DNA of 28,838 nucleotides. It comes from a virus. Lineage: Duplodnaviria; Caudoviricetes. Of the stretch, positions 27,851-28,838 are shown in pieces. The translations under genes and the position numbers were made by a program. The DNA lies in IMG/VR virus record IMGVR_UViG_3300050150_000043, positions 1 through 28,838 of that record, one strand, 5' to 3'. The notes under the pieces were generated by a model. It made no database searches. It had not been told where the DNA came from and saw nothing but the letters and a program-made list of their open reading frames with translations. The first letter of the stretch is position 1, and each line of letters starts with the position of its first letter.

Positions 27851-27973
27851 TTAGCAGGAAAAGTCAAGAGTGAGAATCCAACTAAATTGCCAGGATTCAA
27901 TTGTGTGATCCCACCAGTATTCTGGTGAGCTATGCTCGGGACACGTCATGATGTGGTTGAAAATGTCAAGCAT
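27851..27973 (-). CDS. Small Trp-rich protein, 40 aa (MLDIFNHIMTCPEHSSPEYWWDHTIESWQFSWILTLDFSC), not in the ORF track
   Basis: GAGGAG RBS before the ATG; fills the gap between its two neighbours almost exactly. Confidence 0.5.
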   Translation of the reverse strand: MLDIFNHIMTCPEHSSPEYWWDHTIESWQFSWILTLDFSC

Positions 27974-27975
27974 GA

Positions 27976-28170
27976 TTAGTTCTCCTCAGAGTCTGGGTGG
28001 AATTTCTGACCATTCAGCCAGTAGTCTTGATCCTGCATTTCAGCAAAGATAGAGACTTCCCAATAGTCGTCTTCAATCCAGTTGACATAGAATTCCACAC
28101 CTGGGTTCTTGATTGACTGCTCTTTGGCTGCCTCGTTTGCAAGTCTGTATGATTTGAATTCTTGTGCCAT
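27976..28170 (-). CDS. Small acidic early protein, 64 aa (MAQEFKSY...)
   Basis: AAGGA RBS; first gene after the promoter. Confidence 0.65.
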   Translation of the reverse strand: MAQEFKSYRLANEAAKEQSIKNPGVEFYVNWIEDDYWEVSIFAEMQDQDYWLNGQKFHPDSEEN

Positions 28171-28244
28171 ATAGCTTCCTTCTATCGGCATCCGCCGGTT
28201 AATAAGTTCTTCCTATCGACCCAGCCATGCCGGGTGACGCATTC

Positions 28245-28271
28245 AGTGTACCACGTTTTCCCGCCTGTCAA
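28245..28271 (-). promoter_or_regulatory. Sigma70-type early promoter
   Basis: TTGACA-15 nt-TACACT with GTGG before the -10 box; same architecture as the 22972 promoter; spacer is short. Confidence 0.55.
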
Positions 28272-28586
28272 GCCCCCCGAGTGGGAAGATTTTCCTATCT
28301 TTCATTTCCCTCATTTCGTAGTTTATTTGCGTGGCTACTGTTGTGGGAATAGTGGGATGTGCTCCTGGCATTTGTAGCTCCCACTGGCCGGATAGTCACT
28401 TGTTTTGTGCTCGCGGCTGGCAACGGCTGATTATAATTGTGTGGCAGTAATTCTATTAACTCTAGTGACTGTGGGAGTGCTTATTTATTTGTAGCTCTCG
28501 ACATTCATATCCATTACTACTCATTGCTGCCTACTCTAACTACTAATAGACTGACTTCCTATTGCTAGATTTCACATACCCTGTAA

Positions 28587-28610
28587 TGTGACATTGTGAC
28601 ACTGTGACAT
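28587..28610. repeat. 8-bp tandem repeat TGTGACA(T/C) x3
   Basis: TGTGACAT-TGTGACAC-TGTGACAT read directly. Confidence 0.85.
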
Positions 28611-28645
28611 AGGGGGGTGTCTGTGGTTGCCCTTGCATGTGTGAT

Positions 28646-28831
28646 TCTATTGTTGGTTTCTTCTGTTCTACTTCTCCTTGTATTCTATTCTTCCCTTGGT
28701 AATTCTCTTATTAGGTTATATAACCCCCCATTTTAACAAATATATAAAAACATATACAAACAAACCCACCTATAGGGATATGGAGAATAGGAACCACAAT
28801 ACAGGCTGGGAGAGTAGAAACTAACAATAGA
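28646..28831. repeat. Long imperfect inverted repeat in AT-rich non-coding DNA
   Basis: TCTATTGTTGGTTTCT (28646-28661) matches the reverse complement of AGAAACTAACAATAGA (28816-28831) at 15/16 positions, with further patchy inner matches. Confidence 0.6.
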
Positions 28832-28838
28832 TGTGCAG

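Larger units (their letters stand above)
1..28838. mobile_element. Segment of a tailed dsDNA bacteriophage genome (podovirus-like organisation)
   Basis: Holin and endolysin, very large virion-type ORFs, a PolA/helicase/nuclease module, dense small ORFs and two convergent blocks; no housekeeping bacterial genes. Confidence 0.93.

Noticed and set aside
27944-27970. TTGACA on the minus strand as a third promoter
   Set aside because: No -10 box at a suitable spacing; it lies inside the 40-aa ORF.

Overview
This window is about 29 kb of a tailed dsDNA phage genome, probably podovirus-like and infecting a Proteobacterium (host inferred, not shown). Two gene blocks converge on a bidirectional terminator at about 10290-10326. 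The + strand block (1-10275) holds the end of an SGNH-hydrolase tail-appendage gene, a 429-aa virion-type protein, a holin and M15 endolysin, and 619-aa and 1885-aa probable internal virion/ejection proteins; the largest carries a zincin HExGH motif. The - strand block (10356-28170) holds small early genes, a RecD/Dda-like SF1 helicase, a Cas4-like PD-(D/E)XK nuclease, a Sak4-like ATPase, DUF3310, a DUF669-like SSB, an atypical family A DNA polymerase (degenerate UDG-like N-terminus, His at the Pol I F762 position), a DUF3987-like P-loop ATPase and a MazG-like pyrophosphatase, followed by a GC-rich 1.85-kb cassette of temperate-phage-type genes. I recognise no primase, RNA polymerase, integrase, spanin, tRNA or CRISPR array. 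The window ends in an AT-rich non-coding region with tandem repeats, a palindrome and a long imperfect inverted repeat. All family calls come from reading motifs by eye, with no database search.
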